DNA of 64,000 nucleotides from Peribolospora baueri (Eukaryota): the NCBI GenBank assembly GCA_029717555.1, contig JAMDHS010000028.1:124001-188000 (forward strand). The letters are read 5' to 3'. Shown in pieces: positions 59,876-64,000 of the stretch. The notes below the pieces were generated by a model that made no database searches, had not been told where the DNA came from, and was given only the letters and a program-made list of their open reading frames with translations. Positions within the stretch are counted from its first letter, which is position 1. Each line of letters begins with the position of its first letter. The translations under genes were made by a program, and so were the position numbers.

Positions 59876-62523
59876 TCAGACTTTCAAAGCCTCTCCGACC
59901 TTCTTGGCGATGCCAAGGATTTGCTCTTCCCTCCCCGTCCTGCCGACGCACTGCAAGCAGATCGGAGCGCCCTTGTACTTCTCGGCTCCGCCGTCCTTCC
60001 AACGCTTTTGAATGACCTCGTCCTTGGGGTTGAGAGCTGGACCGGGAGGGACAACGTCGGTGGCGGTGTCGATGCTTGGGTCACAGGCAAGACCCGTGGG
60101 GAAGACTACGGTGGGGTAGCTATAGTTTGGGTGGAGTAGCCGCAAGGAAGTAGAAAATGGTTAGATGACTTGACCTGGCTCCTACTGCCGCTGTCAGCCA
60201 AGAGCAATTACGTGCTTCTGAAGCTGGACTCACTCAAGCAGGTTGATCATGGCCGTGAAGTAAAGCGAGCTGGACAGAGACAAATGGGGTCATGGTCAGC
60301 ACCTGCAAACTAGAAAACCACAAGTTCGCACATGCCAAATACTTAATAACTCACTCGTGTGTCCCCACAGGCGGCGCGACGTACGGGGCTACAGGCCAAA
60401 TGAGGGCATCAACGGGCCTGCCCGTGCTCGTCTTTGTGACCGTGGCATTCCAGTGGTCGAGGTACGCCTTGCGATAGGCCACCTTTCGTTTGTTGAGTTG
60501 CCACGTCTCATACACCGATTGTTCTTGCTCTCTCGTCCCAATGAGACCTGGGAGGAGGGGTTCGCCAGAAGCTTCAATCGTCCTGCGGACATCTTGGCCA
60601 CCGTCACTGGAGGAAGATAGAGAGGAGTGATGGAAGCGCGGGGATCATCAGGACCGTTAGGAACTTCTTTCGCTCGGAAGACAAGGTGGGGCAAAGTTTG
60701 GTACTGACGCGGTATAGATGGCATCCTGACGATTGTGTTCGTGTTGGTGTACCAAATGTCAGTGTCAGTCGCGCGACTCCGATTTTGTTGGTAAACATTA
60801 AGAATTAAGACTGATTATCTCGCATCTTACCAGAAGTTCCGATCCTTTGTCATGTTGCAGAGGCTCCCAGTCAACGACTACACAAGAAACGATCGAGAAA
60901 GTCAGTAAAATGAATAAAAAGAGCTCGAGACCTTGTGAAAGCCTTCGCTCACCTTCGTGTCCAGCTTTGAGGAGAGCCTCCTTGGTCTTCTCCAATCCCC
61001 TGGCCACAGGCGGATGGACCCGAGTCACACCGTCGTTCCACATAATAGCGAAGCACAGTTTGTCTCCACCCTTGCCGCCAATGTCGGACAGGGAGAATGC
61101 TTCGGCGTCCCACTTCTTCTCGGTAACCAAGGGGTCATACAGCCATGGCTCTTGGGAGATGACGGAGCGGACGAAAGTGACGAGGCCCGAGTGGGTGCGA
61201 GAGAGGGGGCCAAGGACAGAGACGATAGATTCTTGACCTGCGGGCGGTGCGACAACGAAGAGATAAACAAAATCTTGCATAAGAGCCTAGTCACCGCAAA
61301 CTAGTATTGGGAGAGAGACGGCTGGAAACAAAGAGACCCCTTTGTGTGCGAACTCACCCTCCATAGAGTTGGCAGCAAGGCCATACGGAAGCCGGTGGTA
61401 CGAAGGACGGAAGCCCCAGAGACCGTTGAAACCGGCAGGGATGCGAATGGAACCTGCGGTAAAGGCACCAAAAACGGACAGGGCAAGAAGAGCCAAGGAA
61501 TAAATGTCACCTAAATTAATCTCACTTGCCAAAGACCAGATTCTTCAAGGGCAGACTTCTAGCCCGCTTGCCTGCGCTGACCCCAAGCCAATCCACGCGC
61601 TCACCTCCGATATCAGTCCCTACACCAAGGGGACTTCCATTAAGGGCGATCAATGCTCCCTCACCGCCGGAGCTACCTCCACAAGTGAGGGTCCGATTGG
61701 CAGGGTTGACGGTCGTGCCATAAACATTGTTAATCGCTTCGCCTCGCATGAGATGTTGAGGGATGTTCTAACATATGAGGAGGGAAGGCAAGGTCGTCGT
61801 TCAGTTGACCACAAAGGCTTATCCACCTTGTTGAACTGTGCCAAGAGGCTGTTATGTTAACGTGTCCTCACCGTCCGGACGTAGAAGACTGCGCCGGCCT
61901 TCTCGAGAAGCTCGACGAGTGTCGAGTGCGCTTCGGCGGTTTGGCCGATCCATGCGACAAAGCCTGCATAACCCAGAGCAGAAGCAAGGGGAGGCGCACA
62001 ATCAGCAGAGGACAAAAAATCAAACAAACTACGAAAATGAAGGGTTTGGCGGAGTGGTGGGCACGGCCTCTGTCGCTTACTCACCCATGTTGAGTTCCAG
62101 ACCCTTAATTTTGAACTGATCCTTCAAGCTGATCGGCAGCCCATGCAGCGGGCCAACCGTCTTGCCCGTGCTCTTGAGATGGGCGTCAAGCTCATCGGCT
62201 CGCTTGAGCCCCTCGGGGATGCACGTCTCGGTGAGACAGTTGACAAGTTGGTGAGCGGCGATGGCTTGCTTTGCATAGGCCTCCACCACATCTCGGGCGG
62301 ACCACTCGGCGGAGGCCAGCTTGGCGAGAAGAGCGTCGACATCGGCCAGCGCTAGGATGTCGCGCTGGAGAGGGCTGAGCTGGGGAGACAAGAAGCCGAG
62401 TACCGAGAGCTGCGATGCGGGAGGCAGCGAAGAGGCGGGCACGAAGAGCGATTTCGGAATCGCCTCGTCTCGCGCCTTTCGGCGCTCCGCGACCACGTCT
62501 TGCCAGGGGCGCGTCGGACACAT
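59876..62523 (-). CDS. Amidase-signature family enzyme (acetamidase/general amidase), many exons
   Basis: AHQLVNCLTE, GPLHGLPISLKDQ, GTTVNPANRTLTCGGSSGGEGALIA...GVGTDIGG|SIRIPAGFNGLWGFRPS, GAPICLQCVGR. Confidence 0.95.
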
Positions 62524-63404
62524 GGCGGTGAATTCAGGTCTGCTACACGCTACGAAAAAGGAGTGGAGCGGTGAGTGGTGGTAGTAGTGAGGGCGGGGAA
62601 GGGTAAGATGAGGCGCTGTGTGCCCTGCAAGCTCCTCCGCTTTAAATATGTCCAACGCACTCCAACTCGAGACCTAATCGCTGTGTCCAAGACGGTCGGG
62701 TGCGGTGATGATAAGATACGGCCTGGACGGCGGGCGATCGGCCAATCAGTTCAACCAGGCAGTCCCGGACGCATCTTGCCGGCTTCCTCCGCTCCGCCGA
62801 GCTGTCTCATTCTGGAGTGTGGAGGTCGCCCGCCAGACGTGGAGATACCTAACGACTTGCCGGTTGGTCTTTTCCGACGTTATCATCTGGGCAAATTGGA
62901 CGGAAGGTGTCGGAGAGTCGGCCGGTACGCGACACCGTAACGCCGAGGCCGACAGCGATAACGGTCTAATGACGGTGACATCTAACCGTGCCCCGCAGAC
63001 AAACACCCCCACGAATAAAAGTCACGTCTATACTTTTTAAACAACACCTTTTCACAAGTTAGACAGCGGCGCCTGTCGCTTCTCATCCGCTGTGGGGCTC
63101 GCGTCGATGAGGCCGTGCGGTGGAGAAAATATATAGATACTTCAAGCGGAGGCCGCTCTGTGCTGAGCCCAAGTCTAGATCAAAAGACACGTTTCGCAGG
63201 CTGGACGGCCGTCCGATAACCCGGTTGTATGACGTGCGTGTGGTGAGAACCGCTACAAACAATATATTCCGAACCGATGGAAATACGGGCGGTGACGCGA
63301 GCAGGAAGTCTCAGTAATATTGAAAGAACGTGAGGTATCTGAGGAAGCGGAGAGCGATCATGGGATCTCTCGCCCGGGAGCAGCTGCATGCCGGTGAATC
63401 GGAC

Positions 63405-64000
63405 TTAAAAGATACCGGGAAGGACGGAAGTGCCCTCGGACCGGTGGGCGTCAAGCTGGTAGAGGGGGAGACCGAGAGCCTGGAGGAGCGTGGGGGCGAC
63501 CTGGCGGTTCTGGACCTCCATGGTAAGGTTCTGGCCGGAGCTCTTGAGGTGCTTTCCGGAGATGGCAAGGAGGGGAACGTTGAGGTCGTCGGGGCCGGCG
63601 CCGCCGTGGTCCTCGAGCGAGCGCTTGGTCTTGTAGAGGACGCCCTCGACGGCGCCGATGATGAGGTCGGGGGCACGGCCATCGAGGAAAGGCGAACCGA
63701 AGCCGTACTGTCCGACAGAGTGAATCGTCAGGTTCGCATTCATCGCACATCAACTTGCAACAGAGGGAGTTCTCACCTGCCAGACCTCCTCACCACCCTT
63801 GACGAAGGAGACGCCGGTCTGGTTCTTAGGAGCGGAGAGCAGGTTCTTCTTAGCGAGGTCGGCCTTGGTCGAGTCCTTGAGCCACATCTGTTAGAGGGAG
63901 AAGTTGGAGTGTTCAAGGAAGATCGGTCGGTATCATTTATTCAGACGTCATTGCGAGGCGATGAGGGACTCACCAGTCCACCGTCAGCAGCGGTGGTGAA
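63405..64000 (-). CDS. Alkaline-phosphatase-superfamily type I phosphodiesterase / nucleotide pyrophosphatase (3' part only; gene runs off the window)
   Basis: FGSPFLDGRAPDLII...LEDHGGAGPDDLNVPLL...QVAPTLLQALGL...LDAHRSEGTSVLPGIF*; introns visible at ~63713-63775 and ~63848-63972 region. Confidence 0.75.

Noticed and set aside
59876..64000. Amidase plus phosphodiesterase as part of a secondary-metabolite cluster
   Set aside because: No backbone synthase, transporter or regulator in the window. The sequence beyond the edge cannot be assessed.

Overview
GC-rich, intron-containing eukaryotic DNA, most consistent with a basidiomycete fungus (short GT-AG introns, GTGAGT donors, basidiomycete-type gene families). 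It holds about 19-20 protein genes, mostly housekeeping: an Ala/Glu/Pro/Lys-rich protein, RACK1 hosting an intronic U24/snR24 box C/D snoRNA, SPX-RING E3, SDR oxidoreductase, CAF-1 p60 (CAC2), BAR-PH-ArfGAP, NBP2-like SH3, NEM1 phosphatase, a Rec114-like protein, NUP2, DUF1748, a HAM1-like protein, MRPS9, RWD/DUF1115, a GH17-like protein, NASP/Sim3, CUE2-like Smr nuclease, amidase and a partial nucleotide pyrophosphatase. The most unusual feature is a ~3.1 kb composite element at 9706-12803. It is bounded by 25-bp pogo/Tigger-type TIRs with TA on both flanks and keeps only the C-terminal, PIP-box-bearing end of a pogo-like transposase. Inside are fragments of two unrelated elements (a DUF3505 Zn-finger gene and a Ty3/gypsy RNase H) and two adjacent fold-back inverted duplications, one a 187-bp near-perfect palindrome, making it a candidate hairpin-RNA/siRNA source. 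All gene models and family calls were made by eye with no database searches, so exon boundaries are approximate unless stated.
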